From Myxococcota bacterium (GTDB lineage Bacteria; Myxococcota_A; SURF-8; G963663525), in NCBI GenBank assembly GCA_963676915.2, contig CAXXVK010000004.1:1-64000 (forward strand): 64,000 nt of DNA, written 5' to 3'. The notes below the pieces were generated by a model. The model saw nothing but the letters and a program-made list of their open reading frames with translations. It was not told where the DNA came from and searched no databases. Position numbers and translations under genes: made by a program. Of this stretch, positions 19,686 to 28,050 are shown one piece after another (within the stretch, counting starts at the first letter, position 1; every line of letters begins with the position of its first letter).

Positions 19686-20441
19686 ATGAATCCAAAACCT
19701 ACCCTGAGCCGACCGGTTCTCTGGACTACGCTGATCGTGCTTGGACTGGTTGTGTTATCGTTGCAGGTATGGGCAGGAGATAAGCCGACCGCCGAAGTGA
19801 CTTTCGTCGAGGGCAAGGCCGAAATTCAACAAGGTCGTAAAGGTAAAACCCAGGCATTGAAAGTCGGCGATAAGCTTACGAAAAAGCACTACGTTTCCAC
19901 CGGCGAGAAATCCAAAGTGGAAATCAAATTGCCCGACGGTTCGATTATTCGGGTAGCGCCGTCTTCCAAAGTCCGCATGCGCAGCCTGCTGGCGGATAAA
20001 AAGGGCAAAAAACGCGACGTAGGCATCAAACTGCAAGCCGGAAAAATCTGGGCCAACGTGTCCAAAGCCATCGGATCGGACTCCAAGTTTGAAGTGGAAA
20101 CGGACAACGCGGTCGCCGGTGTGCGCGGAACGATTTTCCGGGTGGACCGGGCCGACAACGACGTAACGGTGGTCAAGGTTTATACCGGAGCCGTTGCGGT
20201 CTCGAACGCCCCGATCTACCAGAAAAAAGGCCATACCAAAGCCAACCGAGTGGAAGTTCCCGGTCCGCGCCAGGTCACCAAACGCCAGTACGAAGAACTG
20301 CTGGCCAAGGCCTTGCAGGAAATCCGCGTCGCCGCCAACGGCGAACTATCCGAGCCGGCCTCGTTCGATCCTCAATCGTCCATCGAAAAAACCGAATGGG
20401 CCGCGTGGAATCAGGAACGAGACAGACTGCTCGAACAATAA
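19686..20441 (+). CDS. FecR-domain secreted protein
   Basis: STGEKSKVEIKLPDGSIIRV, GKIWANV, ETDNAVAGVRGTIF. Confidence 0.8.
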   Translation: MNPKPTLSRPVLWTTLIVLGLVVLSLQVWAGDKPTAEVTFVEGKAEIQQGRKGKTQALKVGDKLTKKHYVSTGEKSKVEIKLPDGSIIRVAPSSKVRMRSLLADKKGKKRDVGIKLQAGKIWANVSKAIGSDSKFEVETDNAVAGVRGTIFRVDRADNDVTVVKVYTGAVAVSNAPIYQKKGHTKANRVEVPGPRQVTKRQYEELLAKALQEIRVAANGELSEPASFDPQSSIEKTEWAAWNQERDRLLEQ

Positions 20442-20463
20442 TCTCCTGCAATTCCAAACATGT

Positions 20464-20496
20464 AACCCCGATCCGCTTGGATCGGGGTTTTCTTTG
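20464..20496 (+). terminator. Intrinsic terminator
   Basis: AACCCCGATCC-GCTT-GGATCGGGGTT followed by a T-rich tail. Confidence 0.8.
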
Positions 20497-20503
20497 GGCC
20501 ATG

Positions 20504-20530
20504 AAAAAACCCGCCTAAACGGCGGGTTTT
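20504..20530 (-). terminator. Intrinsic terminator of carD
   Basis: AAAACCCGCC-TAAAC-GGCGGGTTTT; the A run reads as a U tail on the minus strand. Confidence 0.8.
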
Positions 20531-20570
20531 AATCTTCTATCGGAGAGCGGAAAGCCTCCGGTTCATTCGA

Positions 20571-21098
20571 TTACTCGACGGTGGCAACCACCTTGATCTT
20601 GGCGCGGCCACGGGTGAGCAGGTTGTTGATTTCCTTCTCGATGTCGGCCTCTTCCTTGCGCTTGGCAATCGAGATTTCCTTAACCAGCAGTCCTTTGGCC
20701 ATATCCAGCATTCGACGCTCGCCGAATGAAAGATCCTTGCCGTTTTTCAACTGGTACAGGTCGCGCATGACTTCGGCGATTTCATAAATGCTGCCGGTCT
20801 TGATTTTTTCCATGTACTCGCGGTATCGACGATTCCAAGTCTGGCGGTCGAGAGGTTTTTGCTTACGCTTGAGAATTTTATAAACTTCATCCACCTGTTG
20901 CTTGGGCGTGACATGCCGCAGCCCCACCGTCGTTACTCGGTTGGTCGGCACCATGATCGTCATGTCGTTGTCCATCAGCTTCAGGATGTAGAATTTGCAC
21001 TTCTGGCCGGCGATTTCCTTGTTTTCAATGCTCGTAACCTGTCCGACTCCATGGGCCGGATAAACCGCTTTGTCGCCAACCTTAAATTGGATCTGCAT
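20571..21098 (-). CDS. carD: CarD/CdnL family transcription factor
   Basis: FKVGDKAVYPAHGVG, WNRRYREYMEKIKTG, LSFGERRML. Confidence 0.95.
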   Translation of the reverse strand: MQIQFKVGDKAVYPAHGVGQVTSIENKEIAGQKCKFYILKLMDNDMTIMVPTNRVTTVGLRHVTPKQQVDEVYKILKRKQKPLDRQTWNRRYREYMEKIKTGSIYEIAEVMRDLYQLKNGKDLSFGERRMLDMAKGLLVKEISIAKRKEEADIEKEINNLLTRGRAKIKVVATVE

Positions 21099-21332
21099 AC
21101 TTGATGTCCTCCTTGAAAGCCCTGTTTGCGTTTAACGAAAAAAGGGTCAACCTTCGTTTTTTGGACAAATACCGAATCATTCTCGAACCGACTGGACTTT
21201 CCCGAAAGGGAACTGGGGATTGATGCGGATGTGACATTTCCCGTAAGTACGGTGGTCATCGAATCGCCGTCAGAATTCGTGCCAGTCTTCGAAACTCCAT
21301 AAAAAGAATAGAGTTTCGCTATGTTGCGCAAC

Positions 21333-21360
21333 GTTATATCACAATTTTCAGGAAAATCAA
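21333..21360 (-). promoter_or_regulatory. Probable sigma70 promoter of carD
   Basis: TTGATT-16nt-TATAAC with TG extension. Confidence 0.5.
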
Positions 21361-22923
21361 CTAGTTTTTTATCTTTTGGGTCATTTTTTGTCGATTTTTC
21401 CCTTTTTCCACCTGTTTTCGCCGAAAAAGCCACAAGAACATCATGCCAAAGACCACCCAGTGGGCGACTCCCCACCCACCGCCAACATCCATTTGACGAC
21501 CGAAACAGCCTCCATTATTGGAAAATGAGGATGTTTCCGTTGAATCGTTTTCTTCAATGTCGCCGTCCGTCGGATCACTGCCGATTCCGGGCAACACCGT
21601 CAGTCCTACAATTTCTTTGGTTTCGTAGCAGGAATCGGCTCCTACCCGGCGGACTTCCGCACGAAGCTGCCAATTTCCCACCGAAGACGGAACAAAGGTC
21701 AAGCTCGAGGAATCACCGTAGGTCTGCAACGGCTCCCAATCGTCATGATGGCGCAGGAAAAAGCGGTATTCCACATTCTCAACATCGTCGGGAAGTTCCA
21801 CCGCAACCGTAGCCGTCACGTTATCCCCGGAAGCGGGGTTTGTCGGTTCGAATGAAACCTCAGTAATATCAATAACATCTCCCGCATTGATCGGTTCGGG
21901 AGCCAGCGAGGAGCAAAACCACCCCACATTGGCGGCACGACAAAACCAGCCGTCGGGACAAGGATCGTCATCGGAACAGCTACTCGTGCAATATCCTTCT
22001 TCCCCGATAGCATTGACGACACAGGACAGATCGGCTTGGCATTCCAACAAATCCCGGCAGGATTCTCCCATCACCCGATCACCGGCGACAGGAGGCAGGC
22101 ACGACCCGGACTCACACCCCAGGTAGGCCGGACAATCGGTATCGCAAATGCAATTGGAAGCACAGACCTTCCCTCCCGATGCCTCGTGCTCGATACAGCG
22201 TGCGGCGTTGCAATCTTCATCCGCTTCGCAAAACGCGCCGTTTTCGCCTTCAACAGGATAAATCGCACATACGCCTTGAATATCGTCAGCACTTAGCGTG
22301 GAGGCTACAGTCAAACCTGTCGAAGTGGAATAATACATGGTTGCGGCGAGACTCTCGCTGTGATCCAGCCCCAGAAAATGGCCGATTTCGTGGGTCGCGA
22401 TGTTCGCCACATCCATCTTTCCAGAAACACCACCCGGGTCCGTGCTCCAGGAAAAATCCTGCCCATTGAAAATCATGTCGATTTCCAAAACACGCCCCGA
22501 GTTTGGATAAAACATCGGTACGGTAATGGCAATCGCTCCATCCCATTCGGCGGGCCAGTCGCTTTCGGTGAAAATCAACAGGTTCGTGCCATCGGCTTCT
22601 CTGGAAAACGCATTGAAATCGCTTACTTGCTTATCGATCGGTCCTCCATACTGATGGGAAAAATACGAGCAATTTACGTTTTGCCAGGTTTGAAACGAGC
22701 CTTTCAAAACGTCTTCCAACAGGTCGAAATCCAGATCGTCGCTGCCGTCTTCATCCAGGTACCATACGAGTGGAAACGCAGCGTCCTCCCAAAACAGGTA
22801 AGGTTGTTCTTCGGATTCGACCACGATCCGTTCGTAGCCCCACACCGAAGGAAAACACATCCCAAGACAGGCCAGCAACACCGAAAGACACTGAATGACT
22901 ATCGAAAATCTCTTTCTTTTCAT
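21361..22923 (-). CDS. Secreted matrixin (M10-like metzincin) with Cys-rich repeats and a C-terminal GGC-TM-basic sorting signal
   Basis: HEIGHFLGLDH plus Met-turn ATMY; signal peptide; tail GGCFG...WVVFGMMFLWLFRRK. Confidence 0.85.
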   Translation of the reverse strand: MKRKRFSIVIQCLSVLLACLGMCFPSVWGYERIVVESEEQPYLFWEDAAFPLVWYLDEDGSDDLDFDLLEDVLKGSFQTWQNVNCSYFSHQYGGPIDKQVSDFNAFSREADGTNLLIFTESDWPAEWDGAIAITVPMFYPNSGRVLEIDMIFNGQDFSWSTDPGGVSGKMDVANIATHEIGHFLGLDHSESLAATMYYSTSTGLTVASTLSADDIQGVCAIYPVEGENGAFCEADEDCNAARCIEHEASGGKVCASNCICDTDCPAYLGCESGSCLPPVAGDRVMGESCRDLLECQADLSCVVNAIGEEGYCTSSCSDDDPCPDGWFCRAANVGWFCSSLAPEPINAGDVIDITEVSFEPTNPASGDNVTATVAVELPDDVENVEYRFFLRHHDDWEPLQTYGDSSSLTFVPSSVGNWQLRAEVRRVGADSCYETKEIVGLTVLPGIGSDPTDGDIEENDSTETSSFSNNGGCFGRQMDVGGGWGVAHWVVFGMMFLWLFRRKQVEKGKNRQKMTQKIKN

Positions 22924-22951
22924 ACGGTTACGACTTGCTTCCATTTTTCGT

Positions 22952-23536
22952 CTACTGTGCGGAGGAACCATCGGATTGCAACACCCTTTCGATTTTCTTC
23001 CGGAAAACGTCCAGCGTCTGTGGCTCGTCGGCTTCGGTTTCGGCTGCTGACTTTTTTAGATTCCATTGCATCAGGCGCACATTGTTCAGAGAACGACGAA
23101 CAAGCTTTTTTCCCGAATCGGGATCTTGGTTCACCTGGAACCGCCCCTGAGTCATTCCCCGCAGGAAATACACCTGCCCTTCCTCGGAACGCTGAAAGAG
23201 GAACAACACAACTTCATCACCTATCGAAAACGTAGTGTTACCCGGCAGTTTCATGGAATGCGTTTTCCCAAACCCGGAAAGCTGCCGCACGGTGAGGGTT
23301 TCTCCCACCGTTCCACGTAGGGTTTCGAGAACTTTGAAAGTGGTCAGAATGTGGCTTCTGCCGGTTGCGGCATCCGTTGTCGTTTCATTCCCTAGAGCCT
23401 CGGCTCGAACGATTACCGGACTGGTCCGCACGAGATCCTCGAAACTCAGTTTCAACAGGGTGGTCGACCAGACATTTCCGGGAATAGCCCAGAGAAAAAA
23501 CAATGTGACAATCCACAAACGAAATGAAAGCATCAT
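22952..23536 (-). CDS. Secreted hypothetical protein, partner of the metzincin
   Basis: Signal peptide, LSFEDLV...IVRA...F.V.E.L.G, GDEVVLFL, GMTQGRF. Confidence 0.7.
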   Translation of the reverse strand: MMLSFRLWIVTLFFLWAIPGNVWSTTLLKLSFEDLVRTSPVIVRAEALGNETTTDAATGRSHILTTFKVLETLRGTVGETLTVRQLSGFGKTHSMKLPGNTTFSIGDEVVLFLFQRSEEGQVYFLRGMTQGRFQVNQDPDSGKKLVRRSLNNVRLMQWNLKKSAAETEADEPQTLDVFRKKIERVLQSDGSSAQ

Positions 23537-23769
23537 GCACCCCGTCTTAAAGCGGTCTTCTCAAGAATTCGACGTTCTTGACCTGAATAATTCATGAAGA
23601 ATCTACTACGACTTGAAAACCCTCGATCTTTCACTCGTTTCCCGATTTTCATCCTCGACAGACAGTTCAGTATGCCTGCGGGTGAAAATCGCTCCAACTT
23701 CATGAAAGCTCTTCGGTTTTCGGCGTCTCGCTACGATCCTCATGAAAGTTCCAGGTCCAAACAATCCGT

Positions 23770-24558
23770 TCATGCTTTTCGCTCCGGCTCCTCCAACATG
23801 AACGTCATTCCATCGTAGGCGGGTTGAATGGTTTCGGGTAGATGATTTCGCACCTTTTCGTAATCCAGATCATGGCCCATGTGAGTGATAATCGCCCGTT
23901 TCGGCGCGATTTTTTCCACATGTTCCACCGCCTGTTCCACGCTGAAATGGGTGGAATGCGGTGTCCAGCGCAACCCACCGATAACCAACAAATCAAGATC
24001 GTGAAGTTTTTCATACGAGGTTTCGGGAATTTGACTAACGTCCGTCAAATAGGCCAAGCACCCGATTCTCCATCCGAGACACGCGAGTTTTCCGTGCAAA
24101 AGCGGTACGGGAATCACTTCGATTCCTTTCACATGGAAAGAACCCTCCACGTCGTGGCAGATAATATTAGGCTTGCCGCCGCCACGCTGAATCGACGGTT
24201 TGAAGATGTAGTCGAAACGCCTCTGAATTTCCGCGATGTGCTCCGGCAAGGCATACAGATCGATAGCCCCTCTTTTCAAGTAGTTATGCACGCGGATTTC
24301 GTCGATTCCGGCAATGTGGTCGGCATGCAAATGGGTGATCAACACCGCTTCGAGAATCCGTACCCCATATTGTAACGCCTGCTGCCGCAAATCCGGCCCC
24401 GTATCGATGAGAATTTCCATCCCGTCGTCGAAACGAAGATGCGCGCTGGTGCGCAAACGCTTGTTTTCACTGCGATCCGACGAACACACGGCACAATCAC
24501 AACCGACGATCGGCACGCCTGTGGACGTTCCGCAACCCAGTATCGTAAGTTTCACCAA
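23770..24558 (-). CDS. MBL-fold metallohydrolase, PhnP-like
   Basis: LGCGTSTGVP..GCDCAVC, IDTGPD, THLHADH, YLTD, HSTH. Confidence 0.9.
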   Translation of the reverse strand: MVKLTILGCGTSTGVPIVGCDCAVCSSDRSENKRLRTSAHLRFDDGMEILIDTGPDLRQQALQYGVRILEAVLITHLHADHIAGIDEIRVHNYLKRGAIDLYALPEHIAEIQRRFDYIFKPSIQRGGGKPNIICHDVEGSFHVKGIEVIPVPLLHGKLACLGWRIGCLAYLTDVSQIPETSYEKLHDLDLLVIGGLRWTPHSTHFSVEQAVEHVEKIAPKRAIITHMGHDLDYEKVRNHLPETIQPAYDGMTFMLEEPERKA

Positions 24559-24763
24559 TCCACTCCTTCAAACAATCTTCCTATCGAAATCTACTTTACC
24601 CGAACCATCCACGTTTCGGTGAAAAAAAGCCACTCCAACAAAACGTTCTTTTGATTTTCCACAAAGCTATGAGAATCGGCGTTTTCCAAATTGCAATATG
24701 GAACGTCTTTCATTATAGTTGCACTCGTCACAATGCTTTTTCTATGACAATGGAGGAAAATCC

Positions 24764-26836
24764 ATGAGTACCAAGTCATCTTTCGCCTACCCCTTTGTTT
24801 TCACTGCATTTTTTATTCTTTTCGCTTTCGGCTGCGGTAGCGGGGACACGACCGTAAACGTCGGCGATCAGGATCTTGTAGAACAGGACGTCACCGGCGG
24901 GGACGAAGACCTCGATCTTCCGGAACTCGAACCGGAAACCGACCCCTGCGACCCAAACCCCTGCAAAGGAACGAACAAAACCACCTGCCAGGCCAATGGC
25001 AGCGACTACGTTTGTCTCTGCGACACGGGATATGTCGAAGATACCGACACCGGCGATTGTGTAGAAGCCGAATACTGTACGGCAGAGTTCTGCAACAGTC
25101 ACGGACGCTGCGACGACACTTCCGGCACGGCGATCTGCGAATGCGTGGAAGGGTACAAGGGCGACAACTGCCAGGATTGCGATTTTGCCAACGGATGGGG
25201 CGGCACGGGTGAATCCGGCATCTGCACCCAGGATAAATGTCAATGGACGATAGACCAGTGCACGAAAGCCAACAAAGGCGTCTGCACCTGGACTGCTGAA
25301 GCCGGCGTTGTCTGTCTCTGCGATGACGGCTATTACGAAGACAACGATGGCGTATGCCAACTCGAGGCCGTTTGCACGTCCGATACCTGTCACGGTCACG
25401 GCGACTGTTCGGTCGTCAATCACGCCACAGAGTGCGCCTGCTACGATGGTTATTTGGGCGACGCCTGCAACACCTGCGATGAAGCAAGCGGCTACCATGC
25501 CGACGGTATGGGTGGATGCACTACCGATCCCTGTCTGCCCAATCCCTGCACCACCGTGGGAAAACAGCGTTGCATTACGGCTGGAGAGAACTATACCTGT
25601 GAATGCAGCTACGGCTATCACCTCGATGGTGGCACCTGCATGATCGACACAACCTGCCGCCCGGAAACCTGCTCGTTCCACGGCACCTGCGCACTCGTCG
25701 AAGCCGTTCCTACCTGCACCTGCGATTTTGGATTCGACGGGCAATTCTGCTCGGAATGCCTGGATGGCTACCGCCTGTTGAATAATCAATGCGTGCCTTC
25801 CTGCGTAGACGCCATCGTGGAATTCGACGAAAACAACACGTTCGAGGTTCACGACAGCACCGTCGGCGCAGGCAACGACGTTTCGATCACCTCGGCATCC
25901 GATTCCTGTTTCCAATGGCCGGTAGACGGTCCGGAACGAACCTATATGATTCAACTGTACGCTGGGGATGTTGTGTCGGTCACCGTCACTCCAACCACGG
26001 AATTCGACCCCGCGGCCCTGTTCCTTCTCCCCGAATGTAGCCTCGAAAATGCCTGTGTCGCCGGTGTGGACGGCAATGGCGAAACGGACCCCCCGGATCT
26101 CGCTGAATCTATGACAGGTCTAACCGTCGCAGAGGATGGACTCTTTTTCTTCAGTGTAGACAGCTACTATCCCGTCGGGGAAACCTATTCCGCTGGCGAG
26201 TACGACTTGACGATCACCTTCGAGAACGATTCCGCCTGCCGTGGAAATACGGAATGTGCGGCTTTGTACCGAGAATGCGTCGATCAACCCGACGAGACCG
26301 CAGCCTGTGGCAACTGCCTCGAAGGGTACCATGAAATCGACGGCCAGGATGCCTGTGAAATCGATGAAGCCTGTCTGCCCACCAGTTGCGGCGGTGGCCA
26401 TGGCGATTGTACCGTAGAGGGCGGATACGTCGTCTGCGCGTGTCACGACGGCTACACCGGACAATATTGCGAAACCTGCGATGACGGCTACCACGAACTC
26501 GGCGGAGAGTGCCTGATCGACGAATTCTGCGGTCCCGCTTCGTGTTCCGGTCATGGTGTATGCACGGACGAAGGCGGAATCATCGTCTGTGCCTGCCACG
26601 ATGGCTACGCCGGACAATACTGCGATAGCTGCGCCCCCGGCTACCATTACGATCAGGAATGCATCGCCGATTCCGACTGCCTCGCCACTAGCTGCAACAG
26701 TCACGGCGAGTGTGCGGACGACGGCGACACGATCAGTTGTACTTGTGCCGACGGCTGGACCGGTGCCAACTGTACCGAATGCGCCGATGGCTACGAACTG
26801 GTTGCCGGTGACTGCGTACAGGAAAGCGGCCAGTAA
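24764..26836 (+). CDS. Lipoprotein with many EGF-like repeats and a central PPC-like beta domain
   Basis: Lipobox FAFGC; repeated CxxHGxC...CxCxxGYxGxxC; GGAGG RBS. Confidence 0.85.
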   Translation: MSTKSSFAYPFVFTAFFILFAFGCGSGDTTVNVGDQDLVEQDVTGGDEDLDLPELEPETDPCDPNPCKGTNKTTCQANGSDYVCLCDTGYVEDTDTGDCVEAEYCTAEFCNSHGRCDDTSGTAICECVEGYKGDNCQDCDFANGWGGTGESGICTQDKCQWTIDQCTKANKGVCTWTAEAGVVCLCDDGYYEDNDGVCQLEAVCTSDTCHGHGDCSVVNHATECACYDGYLGDACNTCDEASGYHADGMGGCTTDPCLPNPCTTVGKQRCITAGENYTCECSYGYHLDGGTCMIDTTCRPETCSFHGTCALVEAVPTCTCDFGFDGQFCSECLDGYRLLNNQCVPSCVDAIVEFDENNTFEVHDSTVGAGNDVSITSASDSCFQWPVDGPERTYMIQLYAGDVVSVTVTPTTEFDPAALFLLPECSLENACVAGVDGNGETDPPDLAESMTGLTVAEDGLFFFSVDSYYPVGETYSAGEYDLTITFENDSACRGNTECAALYRECVDQPDETAACGNCLEGYHEIDGQDACEIDEACLPTSCGGGHGDCTVEGGYVVCACHDGYTGQYCETCDDGYHELGGECLIDEFCGPASCSGHGVCTDEGGIIVCACHDGYAGQYCDSCAPGYHYDQECIADSDCLATSCNSHGECADDGDTISCTCADGWTGANCTECADGYELVAGDCVQESGQ

Positions 26837-26897
26837 ATTTTGGAACGAAAAGGAAATTTTCGAACCTTTTCACGTAAAAATCTCACGGAGTGAAAGA

Positions 26898-27833
26898 ATG
26901 ACCATCAATCTCAAAGGCCGACACATGATCACGCTGTACGACTGGTCGGCCGAGGAAATCCGCCAGTTGCTACACCTCGCCGACCGACTGAAACAGGAAG
27001 TCTATACCGGTACGGCTCATCCGTTGCTCGCCGGAAAAACGCTGGCGATGATTTTCGAAAAACCGTCGTTACGAACGATGGTCAGTTTTCAAACGGGTAT
27101 GTACCAGTTGGGAGGCCATGCCATCTATCTCGGTCCCGACCAGATCGGTCTTGGCAAGCGGGAAAGCGTCGAGGATGTCGCTCGCGTGCTGTCGAGCTAC
27201 GTCAACGGCATCATGGCGCGGACATTCAGTTACGAGGCGGTGCAGGAACTGGCGAAGTATTCCGCAGTACCGGTGATCAACGGCCTGACCGACTTCAACC
27301 ACCCCTGCCAGGTACTGGCCGACCTGCTGACCATCTACGAAACCCGCTCCCATATGAAGGGACTGTCGATGGTCTACATCGGCGACGGCAACAACATGGC
27401 TCACTCGCTGGCCATCGGTTGCGCCAAAATGGGAATGCATTTCACCTGCGTCTGTCCTGAAGGCTACGATCCCAAAACGGAAGCCATGGACATGGCCCGT
27501 GAAGTGGGACAAAAAACCGGCTCTCATATCGAAGTCGCCCACGATGTCATGGAAGCGGCGAAAGGTGCGAATGTCCTGTATACCGATGTCTGGGCCAGCA
27601 TGGGTCAGGAAAAGGAAAAAGAGGAACGAAAAGCCATTTTCCGCGACTATCAGATCAACATGGACGTTCTCAACGTGACGGCTCCCGATTCGATGGTGCT
27701 GCACTGTCTCCCGGCCCATTACGACGAGGAAATCACCAAAGACGTAGTAGACGATCCCCGAAGCTATGTCTTCAAGCAGGCCGAAAATCGTCTCCATGCC
27801 CAAAAAGCTCTAATGCTTGCCACCATGGCCTAG
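26898..27833 (+). CDS. argF: Ornithine carbamoyltransferase
   Basis: FEKPSLRT, HPCQ, GDGNN, DVWASMGQE, HCLP, QAENRLH. Confidence 0.95.
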   Translation: MTINLKGRHMITLYDWSAEEIRQLLHLADRLKQEVYTGTAHPLLAGKTLAMIFEKPSLRTMVSFQTGMYQLGGHAIYLGPDQIGLGKRESVEDVARVLSSYVNGIMARTFSYEAVQELAKYSAVPVINGLTDFNHPCQVLADLLTIYETRSHMKGLSMVYIGDGNNMAHSLAIGCAKMGMHFTCVCPEGYDPKTEAMDMAREVGQKTGSHIEVAHDVMEAAKGANVLYTDVWASMGQEKEKEERKAIFRDYQINMDVLNVTAPDSMVLHCLPAHYDEEITKDVVDDPRSYVFKQAENRLHAQKALMLATMA

Positions 27834-27849
27834 GAAAATTCGCTGTTTT

Positions 27850-27888
27850 AGCAGGTCGGGTGAAGAATCATCCGACCTGCTGCGGTTT
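27850..27888 (+). terminator. Hairpin after argF
   Basis: AGCAGGTCGGGTGA...TCATCCGACCTGCT inverted repeat. Confidence 0.6.
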
Positions 27889-28050
27889 TGGCAAACAACT
27901 TCAAACCCATTGCCAACAAATAGGCAGGGGTTTGTTTGAAACCGTTTAAAAATGATGTAGAATGGATGAATATGGACGATCATTGAGGGGAAACGAAAGC
28001 TCTCGAAAAAGTGTTTCCCATGCATACGAGTGTTTCCTAAAGGAGACGCG

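Noticed and set aside
17312-19816. 834-aa minus-strand ORF
   Set aside because: Antisense shadow of the codon-biased LPP20/FlgT genes, which have RBSs and signal peptides.
21190-21285. Resemblance to the c-di-AMP (ydaO) riboswitch (CCCGAAAGGGAACTGGGGA...CCGTCAG)
   Set aside because: The match is partial, lacks the GCUGAA and GCUAACC elements, and is on the strand opposite carD. Kept only as an unassigned structured RNA.
26553-26897. Long N-terminal extension of ArgF in the ORF track
   Set aside because: It overlaps the EGF gene in another frame. The true start is ATG 26898 after a GGAG RBS.
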